A stretch of 64,000 nt of DNA, from positions 128,001-192,000 of the forward strand of contig CAXXMV010000002.1 of assembly GCA_963662285.2 (NCBI GenBank), read 5' to 3'. The translations under genes and the position numbers were made by a program. Below are positions 1 to 9,149 of this stretch, piece by piece (within the stretch, counting starts at the first letter, position 1; every line of letters starts with the position of its first letter). The notes beneath the pieces were generated by a model. That model searched no databases. It had not been told where the DNA came from and was given only the letters and a program-made list of their open reading frames with translations. This DNA comes from a bacterium (GTDB lineage: Bacteria; Hinthialibacterota; Hinthialibacteria; Hinthialibacterales; Hinthialibacteraceae).

Positions 1-2
1 GG

Positions 3-1523
3 ATATCAGGCCGTAAAGAATTATTGTGTCTCTTTTTCGAACTCGGCGCCTGCTTATTATTTGTACGGACTTTAGCTAACCCAAAAACCTCACCCTGGGT
101 ATATGTCGGCTCTTTGTGCTGTTGCATCCTGGCGCTTTTATCCAAACAGGTCGCTGTGGCATTACCGCTAATGTTATACGCTGCGGCCTGGCTGCATCAG
201 CGCTGTCATGACAAACCGCAGGATATCAAACGTACATTTTATTTTCTTATAGCGCCTACATTAATAGTGATCGGTTTCGTCTTATTTAAGTATCCCATCC
301 TGGATCAACTTAGTTTCTTCCGCGACCAGGGAACCTTCTACGACCCCGCATCGCGCGATGTGGCTTACACGCCTTTTTCCGCCATCTTAACTCCCTTTGC
401 GACTTTACAGAAATCCGTCTGGCTCTGCCTCTGGCCCATTGATCTAACCGTCGAACATGCTTTTCCACCAATAGAATCCTTAATTGATTACCGATGGATG
501 CTTGGCGCCATTATTCTTTTGGTTATGACGTTTATGTCATTACGCTTAAAAAGCGCCCGACCGGAATTATTGTATAGCTGCATCTGGTTTCTGGTCGCCT
601 GGGCGCCGGTATCAGGCGCAGCGCCAATCGCGTATCTTGTAGCTGACCGGTATTTGTATATCCCATGCATTGGATACTGCATTATTACAGTCACATACAT
701 TTACCCGCTACTTCAAAAAAAACTCTTTAAATTCCCTGCACTCTCCACCAGTCTCGTAATAATTTTCTGCATATTTTTTTCCACGCGTACTATTGTTAGA
801 ACCCTGGATTGGCGCGACGAAATCACCTTGTGGAAATCAGCCATACAAGCCCGTCCCGACTACGCCCAGGTACATGCCAGCTTGGGAAATTCCTACGCTG
901 ACATAGGAGAAATTGACAACGCCTTCAAATCATGGAATACAGCGCTGGAGATTGATGACAATCTCCCCCGTGTATGGATCAATATGGGAAACCAGGAAAA
1001 AAGACGCGGCCAGATAGAAGAGGCGGAACGCTGCTTTCGCAAAGCGCTCGAATTAGCCCCGAACTATGGCGTGGCGCATTATAATTTGGCGCTCCTACTG
1101 GAACAACAGAATAAACCAGATGAGGCATTACAGCATTTCAAGATTGCTGCCAAACATATTTACCACCGCCGTAATACCAAGCGCAGAAAAGGATTAGCTA
1201 ATTATCACATCGCACGGCTTTTGTTCGCCAAGGGAGATAACCAAACCGCCCTGTTTTATCTTAACCACGCCGAAAATCTGGCGCCGCTCCATGCGCCGCT
1301 TTACATTCTAAAGGGTATGCTTTACCAGCATAATCCAGCTATCGCACAGCGGGCTTTTGAAACAGCGATTACATTGGATCCAAAAGCGCCTGAAGGATAC
1401 TACAACCTTGGCGTATTGTTCTGGAGTCAGGGAAACCATGCAGAAGCAGAAAAATCATGGCAAAAAGCTATCCAGCTAAATCCTGAATTATTAAGTAATA
1501 TTGAAGGTATTAAAAAATCCTGA
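3..1523 (+). CDS. TMTC-like membrane glycosyltransferase (GT-C, DUF1736) with C-terminal TPRs; 5'-truncated by the window edge
   Basis: Frame is open from position 3 (ISGRKELL...). Contains LALLSK, LWPIDLTVEH, ADRYLYIP and RTLDWRDEITLW motifs, then several TPRs. Confidence 0.8.
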   Translation: MSGRKELLCLFFELGACLLFVRTLANPKTSPWVYVGSLCCCILALLSKQVAVALPLMLYAAAWLHQRCHDKPQDIKRTFYFLIAPTLIVIGFVLFKYPILDQLSFFRDQGTFYDPASRDVAYTPFSAILTPFATLQKSVWLCLWPIDLTVEHAFPPIESLIDYRWMLGAIILLVMTFMSLRLKSARPELLYSCIWFLVAWAPVSGAAPIAYLVADRYLYIPCIGYCIITVTYIYPLLQKKLFKFPALSTSLVIIFCIFFSTRTIVRTLDWRDEITLWKSAIQARPDYAQVHASLGNSYADIGEIDNAFKSWNTALEIDDNLPRVWINMGNQEKRRGQIEEAERCFRKALELAPNYGVAHYNLALLLEQQNKPDEALQHFKIAAKHIYHRRNTKRRKGLANYHIARLLFAKGDNQTALFYLNHAENLAPLHAPLYILKGMLYQHNPAIAQRAFETAITLDPKAPEGYYNLGVLFWSQGNHAEAEKSWQKAIQLNPELLSNIEGIKKS

Positions 1524-1685
1524 TTATTTCGGAAAAAAATGAAATCAAAACCTCATTTTCATGATATATACAGTTAGATGCTTTTTATATAGCTTTTACC
1601 CAAGTTAATACCACTACCAGTGGTAGTTTTATTTGGAAAAACAACTAGTAGTACGACCAAATCATTATGTCGGACAACCAAATCT

Positions 1686-1764
1686 CCTTTCCCCACGGGA
1701 GAGGGCTAGGGTGAGGAGTAATTGCAGAACACCTTAAGTAGGGCGCGCCCCTCGTGGGCGCCCG
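1686..1764 (+). repeat. REP-like pair: family E (CCCCACGGGAGAGGGCTAGGGTGAGG) and family A (GTAGGGCGCGCCCCTCGTGGGCGCCCG)
   Basis: Imperfect palindromes that recur in many intergenic regions of the window. Confidence 0.85.
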
Positions 1765-1849
1765 GCAAAATGAACGTTAATATGTAAAGCTCAAAAAAAG
1801 GCATCCATTTTGTAACACATTAACAGTAGCTCACCCCAGGAGGGTAAAG

Positions 1850-4800
1850 ATGTTAGAAGCGCGAAAAATAACATTATTTTTTTCTATTGCATTACTGGTT
1901 ATCTGCAACGTAAATGCAGACCCTATCCAAAAGATAGACTTTTCAAAAGCTGCTTTTGATCATGAAGCCTTTTTCTCTATCCCGGTAACAGGTTATGAAT
2001 CCCCGGATTCTTCAGCTGGCGTTTTCACTACTGGCGACTCTTATGAAGAAGGCTACCGCATCGATCTTAATCCGGGAGAAGCCATTCTCCTCGCCAGCAA
2101 GAATCCTGTTCAGACGAAGGGTAATCCAATTGTTATTTCTTTGGATTACAGCATTTTGGATTCAACTACTGACCAACCCCAGGTTGCGGTTGTCGGTCTG
2201 AATGCTCCCGGTGGAGCGCCTGACGGGCAATTGGGATATTTTTATTCTTCAAAAGCGCAAACTGAGGCATCTAAAAATCTATTGCACTTGGTTTATACGC
2301 CGCCATCCGGATCATTTCTGCCAGCGGTTCAGGTCTCTTTAGACAAAGAAGCCGAAGCCTCATGCACCATTGCGGTTTATTCACTAGCCGTTTATCCATT
2401 TGTTCCGCAAAATTTACAAGAGACAACCAGCTATGATTTCGCCCATCCCATTGATCCTCTGGTATCAAATGTGAATGGCGACGCTGGTATTGTTCTGCAA
2501 GACAGCGATAAAGAAGCCTTGGTTCTATCTACAGCAGGAAACGGGGAAGCAGCCAATATTCAATTAGACGCCACTAACGGCGACCTGACCGAAAAGATTG
2601 TTACGGTCTCTTTCGACGTTGCCCGTAACGCAGGACAAGATGGATACACCGCAGCTGTTTTAATACATGCCATGCAGACTATGGGCTTGTTCGTTAAAAA
2701 CAGCGCCCTTCCCGAAGAACAACAAGCAGCTAATTTGCTAATGGGCGCCAATTTAACCAAGTACCGCTCTCCCACCTATCTCTACCTGCAAAATGGCGGG
2801 GGACAAACCGGTTCTGAAACAATCATCGATAATGTAAAAGTTTACTCTTATTCAATGGACTCTATCCAGGGATTACCCATTGTCGAAACCAGCGATTTGC
2901 TGCCGCGCACTCTGGCCGCAGCAGTCGTCATGCCCAAAACGCTCTTCAGCGGAAGTAAAAGTTCAATCTCCATAACCAGCTTAAACAGTGATAACCAATC
3001 TCCGGTGATTCTTCCCTTCTCTGTTTCTCTTAAAAATGACGGTCAGGAGATTCAACTGGCCAAGGGAAGCACCAACAGCCGGGGTTTTGCTTCCAAGACT
3101 TTTTCTGTACCCCAGATTAATGTCGGCGCCTGGAATGTTGAAGTAAAAAGCGGCCAGAATGTTATTCTCAAAGGTCAAGCAGCAGTAAAAGATACCGGCG
3201 TGCTGATCATTAATACAGACAAACCGATCTATAAACCGGGACAAAAAATCCAAGGCCGCGTTCTTCTTATGAATAACGCTCTGCAACCTCTGCCAGGCGA
3301 GATTGTTCTATCTATAGCCGACGCCAAGGGAATAAAAATTCACAAAGAGACTCTCACCGCCAACCAATACGGCGTTGGCTCTTTTGAACTTCCCCTGGCC
3401 ACCGAACTGAATTTTGGAACTTGGAAAATATCAGCCACATCCGGCAGCGAATCAAAATCAGAATTGGATGTCGAAGTCGATAAATACGTCCTTCCCGCTT
3501 TTGAGGTCAATGTGAATTTAGAGAAGGACTGGTTCCTGGTTGACGAACATATCACAGGAACAGTCGATAGCAAATATTTCTTCGGCAAAACCGTTAAAGG
3601 CAAAGTTCATATCTCTGCACTGCGTTACGTCTCTACCTGGGAAGAATACGCCACGCTTGATGGAACCCTCGAAGACGGCATCTATGCCTTCGATCTTCCA
3701 GCCGTGGAATACATCGCCGGAACCCAAAGCGCCGAAGGCGCCGGAACGGTTCAAATTAAAGTGACCGTCACCGATGATACCGGCAAAGAAGAATCAACCG
3801 ATTTCATCGCCTCTATCGTCGATGCTGGCGTAATGCTCAAAATAATTCCTGAATCTCCCGTGGTTAAACCGGGATTAAACCAGCAAATCATTATTATCTC
3901 AGAAACCCCCGGCGGGGCGCCTCTTTCTTTATCCACTCAAATTGAAATTAATTTCATGAATGAATCTGGTGATGATATTTCAACCATTAAGGATACCGTC
4001 GAAACCATTAACGGCATGGCGCTTTACAGCTATGACGCACCAGCGAAAACCCAAATTGTTGTCATTACATCTATCGCCACGGTGGATGGCAATAAAAAAG
4101 AAGAGACCATGCTGCAGTACGCCGCTTACTCGCCTGGCGCCAATTATATCCATCTGCGCCAAAAAACGGATGGCGTGTTAAAAGCAGGCGACCAGGCTGT
4201 CTTCGAGCTATTGTCAACCAACCCGGGTACGCTCTTCTACGATGTCTATGGAGATGGCAGGACGCTCTTCTCCAACGCAACTGAAACCAACGAAATTCGT
4301 TTCACCGTAACACCCGACATGAGTCCGAAAGCCAAAGTCGTGGCCTACATGATTCAACCCAACAATGAAATATCGGCTGACGTCCTGCCCTTTGACGTAG
4401 AACTGGCGCCATCCGCATCTTTAGATGTGGCCTTCGACGCAGAAGAAGTAGAACCGGGCGACGCAGTTGGTTTGAACATTACCAGCGATGGTCAAGCCAT
4501 GGTCGGCGTCTCTATAGTAGATGAATCAGTCTTTGCTTTAGTCAAAGGCCGCTTGAATCTAAAAAATGTTTTCGCCGAACTCGAACGCATTTTCATGGAG
4601 CCGCAAGCGGAAGTTCATGCCAATCCCGACGCGCCTTGGATGGATAGCCCCGTCACCGGCGGCAAAGGCGCTGATGATATCTTTCAGGAAAATAACCTCC
4701 AGATATTAACAACCACAGAACTGAATGCGCCCAAAGCCAAAAAATTGGATCCTTGGCTGTTATGGAACAATCAAAGACTGCAAAAGAATATGCCTTTTCC

Positions 4801-6982
4801 TATGCCTGTTTTTGATGACAATTTAGAGGCCGTCGCAGGAGGCGCCGAAGATGATGCTTATCAAGAACCGGATCGCGTACGAACCTTCTTCCCCGAAACC
4901 TGGTTATGGCTTCCAGAATTATTAACCGATGAAAACGGCCTGGCCTCATTAGACCTCACCGCGCCGGATAACATCACCACCTGGAAACTCCAAGCCGTTT
5001 CCACCAACAACAATGGCCTAGGTATTGCAAGCGGTTCATTAAGGGTCTTCCAGGATTTCTTCGCCGAACCAGACCTGCCCTACTCAGTTATTCGCGGAGA
5101 TGAATTTCCACTGCGCGTCCGTATCTTTAATTACGTCGATGAAGAACAAACCATCCGCGTAACTCTCGAAAACCCCGAAACGCTCGGCTTCGATGGAGAA
5201 GCAGTTCAGAATGTGGTTATCCCCGGACAGAGCGCCGGATCGGTCAGTTTTACCCTCAAACCAACCAAAGTCGGCGTATTCCCGGTTTCGCTGATCGCTC
5301 AATCAACCAAACGCGCCGACGCCATTCGCAAGGATCTTCTTGTCGAACCGGAAGGCATGAGACGCGAACAAGTGCATAACGGAACCTTGAAAGATGCGAC
5401 GGAAAGAATAATCCCCTTGTCCTTCCCTGATATTATTTTCGAGGAAAAACCAGTTGATGGCGACAGTACATTGCCTCCGATTGAACCGCCATTATTTGAA
5501 ATTGTTCCGGATTCTGAAACCCTGCGCGTAGCCATCACGCCAAGCCTGATCGGACAATCCATTGACGGACTCGACGACCTGCTGGGTATGCCCTATGGCT
5601 GCGGCGAGCAGAACATGATCTTCCTGGCGCCGGATATCGAAGTCCTACGCTACCTAAAAGCCACCGCCCAATTAGCGCCCGAAATCAGAGCCAAGGTAGA
5701 GACTTTCATAACCACTGGTTATCAGAGAGAACTAACCTATCGCCGCGACGATGGTTCCTTCTCCGCCTTCGGCCAGCAGGATGATGAAGGCAGCCTCTGG
5801 TTAACTTCATTCGTCCTTTCCACTTTCAGCAATGCCCGTGAAGTAAGACACATCGACGAAACAGTTCTATCCAGCGCCGCTGATTGGATCACCAGCCATC
5901 AAAACGCCGATGGCTCCTGGGATCCAGTAGGCTTCGTAATTCATAGCGAATTGGTTGGCGGTATGGAAGGGAATCTTGCTCTCAGCGCTTATGTAACCAT
6001 TGCGCTACTCGAGTATGGCCAGGCAGATTCAACAGCTATGCAAAAAGCCATCGCGTATCTGGAAAGTAATATCACCAATGAAAAAGCCGATTCCTATGTA
6101 CTATCCCAAATCGCCTACGCCCTGACCAAAGCGGATAGCCCGCAAGCTGGCGCCGCAATTGATCAGTTACTGGATTCAGCCATAGTAGACGGCAACGGTA
6201 TGCACTGGGAACCTCATTCCTTAGAGTCCACTGGTTATGCAACCCTATCTCTGATACTGCAAAATCCCATTCAGGCGCAATCCGCCCTGCAATGGATCGC
6301 GTCCCAACGCAATGGCTTGGGAGGATACGGCAGCACCCAGGATACAGTGGTCGCTTTCAAAGCCATGACCGCAGCCGCCTCAGAACAAAGCCGTGATTTG
6401 AACGCCCAAATCGATGTTATCGTAAACGGCGAAACCGTTCATGCTTTCACCGTCAATAAAGAAAACTTCGATGTTCTTCAGTCATTAGAGTTGCCTCCTG
6501 CTGAAGAAATAACGTTAAAAATGACCGGAACCGGAACCGTCATGTATCAAGCAGTTCACGGCTATAACATCCCGGCGCAATCAGAACCAATCGGCAACGA
6601 TATGATCTTGAAAGTTACTTATTCTTCTGAACATGTCGCAGTGGATGATATCGTCGATGTAAACGTCACGGTGGATTACATGGGATTTCAAAAGGAAACC
6701 GGCATGGCCATCGTCGATGTATCCATCCCCACCGGATTCGGCATAGTCCAGGACTCCATTGAAAAAGTCAAGTCGATGGAAATAATCAAACGAGTCGAAC
6801 AAGCTGGCCGTAAGATGATCTTCTACATCGATCATTTCACCAGCGGAGAAACATTGGAATTTTCCTTCCAGGTCAACGCCCTGTTCCCCGTTAAAGCAGA
6901 TGGTGGAATCCATTCCGCCTATCTGTATTACAACGCGGAAAAACGCGCCGAGACCGGAGGAACCAAAATCCAGGTTGATTAA
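1850..6982 (+). CDS. Secreted alpha-2-macroglobulin-family thioester protein, CD109/TEP-like
   Basis: Signal peptide, MG domains (TDKPIYKPGQ, YVLPAFEV), FPETWLW, PDNITTW, thioester GCGEQ (5597-5611), WLTSFV, STQDTVVA, C-terminal receptor-binding-like domain (MAIVDVSIPTGF). Confidence 0.93.
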   Translation: MLEARKITLFFSIALLVICNVNADPIQKIDFSKAAFDHEAFFSIPVTGYESPDSSAGVFTTGDSYEEGYRIDLNPGEAILLASKNPVQTKGNPIVISLDYSILDSTTDQPQVAVVGLNAPGGAPDGQLGYFYSSKAQTEASKNLLHLVYTPPSGSFLPAVQVSLDKEAEASCTIAVYSLAVYPFVPQNLQETTSYDFAHPIDPLVSNVNGDAGIVLQDSDKEALVLSTAGNGEAANIQLDATNGDLTEKIVTVSFDVARNAGQDGYTAAVLIHAMQTMGLFVKNSALPEEQQAANLLMGANLTKYRSPTYLYLQNGGGQTGSETIIDNVKVYSYSMDSIQGLPIVETSDLLPRTLAAAVVMPKTLFSGSKSSISITSLNSDNQSPVILPFSVSLKNDGQEIQLAKGSTNSRGFASKTFSVPQINVGAWNVEVKSGQNVILKGQAAVKDTGVLIINTDKPIYKPGQKIQGRVLLMNNALQPLPGEIVLSIADAKGIKIHKETLTANQYGVGSFELPLATELNFGTWKISATSGSESKSELDVEVDKYVLPAFEVNVNLEKDWFLVDEHITGTVDSKYFFGKTVKGKVHISALRYVSTWEEYATLDGTLEDGIYAFDLPAVEYIAGTQSAEGAGTVQIKVTVTDDTGKEESTDFIASIVDAGVMLKIIPESPVVKPGLNQQIIIISETPGGAPLSLSTQIEINFMNESGDDISTIKDTVETINGMALYSYDAPAKTQIVVITSIATVDGNKKEETMLQYAAYSPGANYIHLRQKTDGVLKAGDQAVFELLSTNPGTLFYDVYGDGRTLFSNATETNEIRFTVTPDMSPKAKVVAYMIQPNNEISADVLPFDVELAPSASLDVAFDAEEVEPGDAVGLNITSDGQAMVGVSIVDESVFALVKGRLNLKNVFAELERIFMEPQAEVHANPDAPWMDSPVTGGKGADDIFQENNLQILTTTELNAPKAKKLDPWLLWNNQRLQKNMPFPMPVFDDNLEAVAGGAEDDAYQEPDRVRTFFPETWLWLPELLTDENGLASLDLTAPDNITTWKLQAVSTNNNGLGIASGSLRVFQDFFAEPDLPYSVIRGDEFPLRVRIFNYVDEEQTIRVTLENPETLGFDGEAVQNVVIPGQSAGSVSFTLKPTKVGVFPVSLIAQSTKRADAIRKDLLVEPEGMRREQVHNGTLKDATERIIPLSFPDIIFEEKPVDGDSTLPPIEPPLFEIVPDSETLRVAITPSLIGQSIDGLDDLLGMPYGCGEQNMIFLAPDIEVLRYLKATAQLAPEIRAKVETFITTGYQRELTYRRDDGSFSAFGQQDDEGSLWLTSFVLSTFSNAREVRHIDETVLSSAADWITSHQNADGSWDPVGFVIHSELVGGMEGNLALSAYVTIALLEYGQADSTAMQKAIAYLESNITNEKADSYVLSQIAYALTKADSPQAGAAIDQLLDSAIVDGNGMHWEPHSLESTGYATLSLILQNPIQAQSALQWIASQRNGLGGYGSTQDTVVAFKAMTAAASEQSRDLNAQIDVIVNGETVHAFTVNKENFDVLQSLELPPAEEITLKMTGTGTVMYQAVHGYNIPAQSEPIGNDMILKVTYSSEHVAVDDIVDVNVTVDYMGFQKETGMAIVDVSIPTGFGIVQDSIEKVKSMEIIKRVEQAGRKMIFYIDHFTSGETLEFSFQVNALFPVKADGGIHSAYLYYNAEKRAETGGTKIQVD

Positions 6983-7011
6983 AACTTCAAATTATCAGGG
7001 GTTGAATTGGA

Positions 7012-7044
7012 AACGGGACGCCATTCGGCGTCCCGTTGTTTTTA
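7012..7044 (+). terminator. Rho-independent terminator
   Basis: AACGGGACGCC-attc-GGCGTCCCGTT followed by a T-run, just after the A2M stop. Confidence 0.85.
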
Positions 7045-7109
7045 TGGAGTATTTATAGAACCGCTCTAGACCTCAATATCTCCCTATAAATCAGTATAAT
7101 TATTAGGTT

Positions 7110-7757
7110 ATGAAAAAATCCTTACTAAAAATCTATAAAACTCTATTAAAACATTTTGGATATCGCAACTGGTGGCCGGCACGAACCAAGATAGAAATCA
7201 TCATCGGCGCTATACTCGCCCAAAACACAAATTGGAAAAATGTCGAGTTAGCAATTAATAATTTAAGGGATGCGAAGGTTATATCATACAAGGGATTACA
7301 AGAAATTCCGTTGGATCATTTGGCCGAACTGATTCGCCCATCAGGCTATTACAATGTAAAAGCCCAGAAGTTAAAAGCGTTTGTAGAATTTCTATCAGAG
7401 GAATACAGCGGCAGCCTGATGATGATGTTTCGTGAAGAGACCTCAATCCTGCGGGAGAAACTATTAAACGTCAAAGGCATCGGCCCGGAGACCGCCGATT
7501 CCATTCTACTCTACGCCGGACAGCATCTTATCTTTGTATCTGATCTTTATACTTATCGAGTCGTAACGCGCCATAAATTACTGCCGGTAAACGCCGATTA
7601 TCACCAGATACAAAAATTCTTCCAGGATAATATCCCGGAAGATGTGGAACTGTACAACGACTTCCACGCTCAGATAGTCACCGTCGGCGCCAAATACTGC
7701 AATAAAACGCCCAAATGCGAAGAATGCCCGCTGAGAGACATGCTTCCTATTGAGTAA
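7110..7757 (+). CDS. Endonuclease III-related HhH-GPD DNA glycosylase
   Basis: WWP..EIIIGAILAQNTNW, HhH KGIGPETAD, C-terminal CNKTPKCEECPL. Confidence 0.85.
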   Translation: MKKSLLKIYKTLLKHFGYRNWWPARTKIEIIIGAILAQNTNWKNVELAINNLRDAKVISYKGLQEIPLDHLAELIRPSGYYNVKAQKLKAFVEFLSEEYSGSLMMMFREETSILREKLLNVKGIGPETADSILLYAGQHLIFVSDLYTYRVVTRHKLLPVNADYHQIQKFFQDNIPEDVELYNDFHAQIVTVGAKYCNKTPKCEECPLRDMLPIE

Positions 7758-8955
7758 TCAATATCAAAGTTCCTCGCGATAATCCTTCCTGAACCACAAA
7801 TCCAAATCCTACGGAAGCGTCGCCGGGCAGCATGATGGAATATTTCCATCCGTCTTGAACGCGTTCACCGAGAAGAGTCAGTATCTCTCCGCCAATATAC
7901 GAAAATGCCGTCTCTACCGGAAGTCCGGCATTCACAATAGATGGGGCGTTGGCTAATCGATGCCGCTGCAAAATCCCTTCGCTGACCGGGGACATTTCAG
8001 AATTGGTGAACTGCGCCGGATCACGGTAAAAAACAATTAAATTAGTTTTCCCCGACTGGACTATATCGTCATTGCGCACGATAAAATCAATGGACTGAAA
8101 TCCCGAAGCATCCGTTTTGCGCTCAATAACAATGGGCATTCCACTGTCTGCGTTACTGGTGGATCGCATCGCCGGTCGATAAATTTTTTCATCGGTCAAT
8201 GGCAGAAGATAACTTTTACTGCACCATCCCGCAACAGAATCGTTGAGAAGAACAAACCACCAATCGCCGTATTCTTTTAACTTGACCACAACATCTCCGC
8301 GACGCAGTCTCGCCAGAGAACGGGTAAGTTCATCAGCGCCCTCACGGATATGAACACGGTCGCCAGTAACCAGGCAAGGCAGATTTTCCAACGCACGGAT
8401 TTGACCAGGATGTACCCAGCCTTCAACGCCATTAATCGTTTTTGCGTGCAGCCAATTATCCCGTAACTCTATCTCCAGTAAAATACTCTGACCTGATAGC
8501 GATTCAATTATATCGTAATCCAAACTTGGACCCTTGCGAAATCTAACTCCTTGTCCGATCACTTGATATGTTTTTCCTTGTGGTAATATTACAGGAAGCA
8601 ACGGTTGAGGAGTCGAATCGCGAATTAACTCTGAATTTATTGTTCCCTGATTTGGCGTCCATGGAATTATTTGAGATGGGATGATTTCTGAACCGGTAGA
8701 GGATTGGATAGTTTCGGGAAAAGAGGGTGTAGTAAAATCATCTACAGGAGTTTCTTTACGGATAATCTTTATAACATCCGAGCGTTGTACGATTAAAGAT
8801 ACCCCATTCACATTTATTACGATGGCTTCATCGGTCTCTGAAGTAATGTTTCCTATTATTTGATCTCCGCTCTGCAATAATAACGTATCCGCGCAGGTCA
8901 TTAGAGGAAGAGAAATAGTCAGAATTAAAAAGAAAAGAAAAGATGCAAACTTCAT
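7747..8955 (-). CDS. Secreted protein with two bacterial SH3 domains
   Basis: Signal peptide; VRFRKGPSLDYDII..WL..GVEGWV and VHIREGA..WWFV..GWC SH3b motifs. Confidence 0.75.
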   Translation of the reverse strand: MKFASFLFFLILTISLPLMTCADTLLLQSGDQIIGNITSETDEAIVINVNGVSLIVQRSDVIKIIRKETPVDDFTTPSFPETIQSSTGSEIIPSQIIPWTPNQGTINSELIRDSTPQPLLPVILPQGKTYQVIGQGVRFRKGPSLDYDIIESLSGQSILLEIELRDNWLHAKTINGVEGWVHPGQIRALENLPCLVTGDRVHIREGADELTRSLARLRRGDVVVKLKEYGDWWFVLLNDSVAGWCSKSYLLPLTDEKIYRPAMRSTSNADSGMPIVIERKTDASGFQSIDFIVRNDDIVQSGKTNLIVFYRDPAQFTNSEMSPVSEGILQRHRLANAPSIVNAGLPVETAFSYIGGEILTLLGERVQDGWKYSIMLPGDASVGFGFVVQEGLSRGTLILITQ

Positions 8956-9149
8956 GGAAAACCTCTTTATTTTTATTTTTTGACAAGATAAAAATAGCTG
9001 CCGTATAATAGAATGACGATGAAATACAATAAACTATTCAATTATACTTGCGATTATGATAAAGATAATAACCACCCGTATATTTTACATTAGAAATCCG
9101 TATTATGATATTTCTATGAATAATCCATGTAAGAGTCCAAGCGAAAATA

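Noticed and set aside
1611-1652. Third NrdR-like box pair upstream of the A2M gene (ACTACCAGTGGT, ACAACTAGTAGT)
   Set aside because: Spacing is 28 bp rather than 33 and similarity is weaker; not supported enough to call
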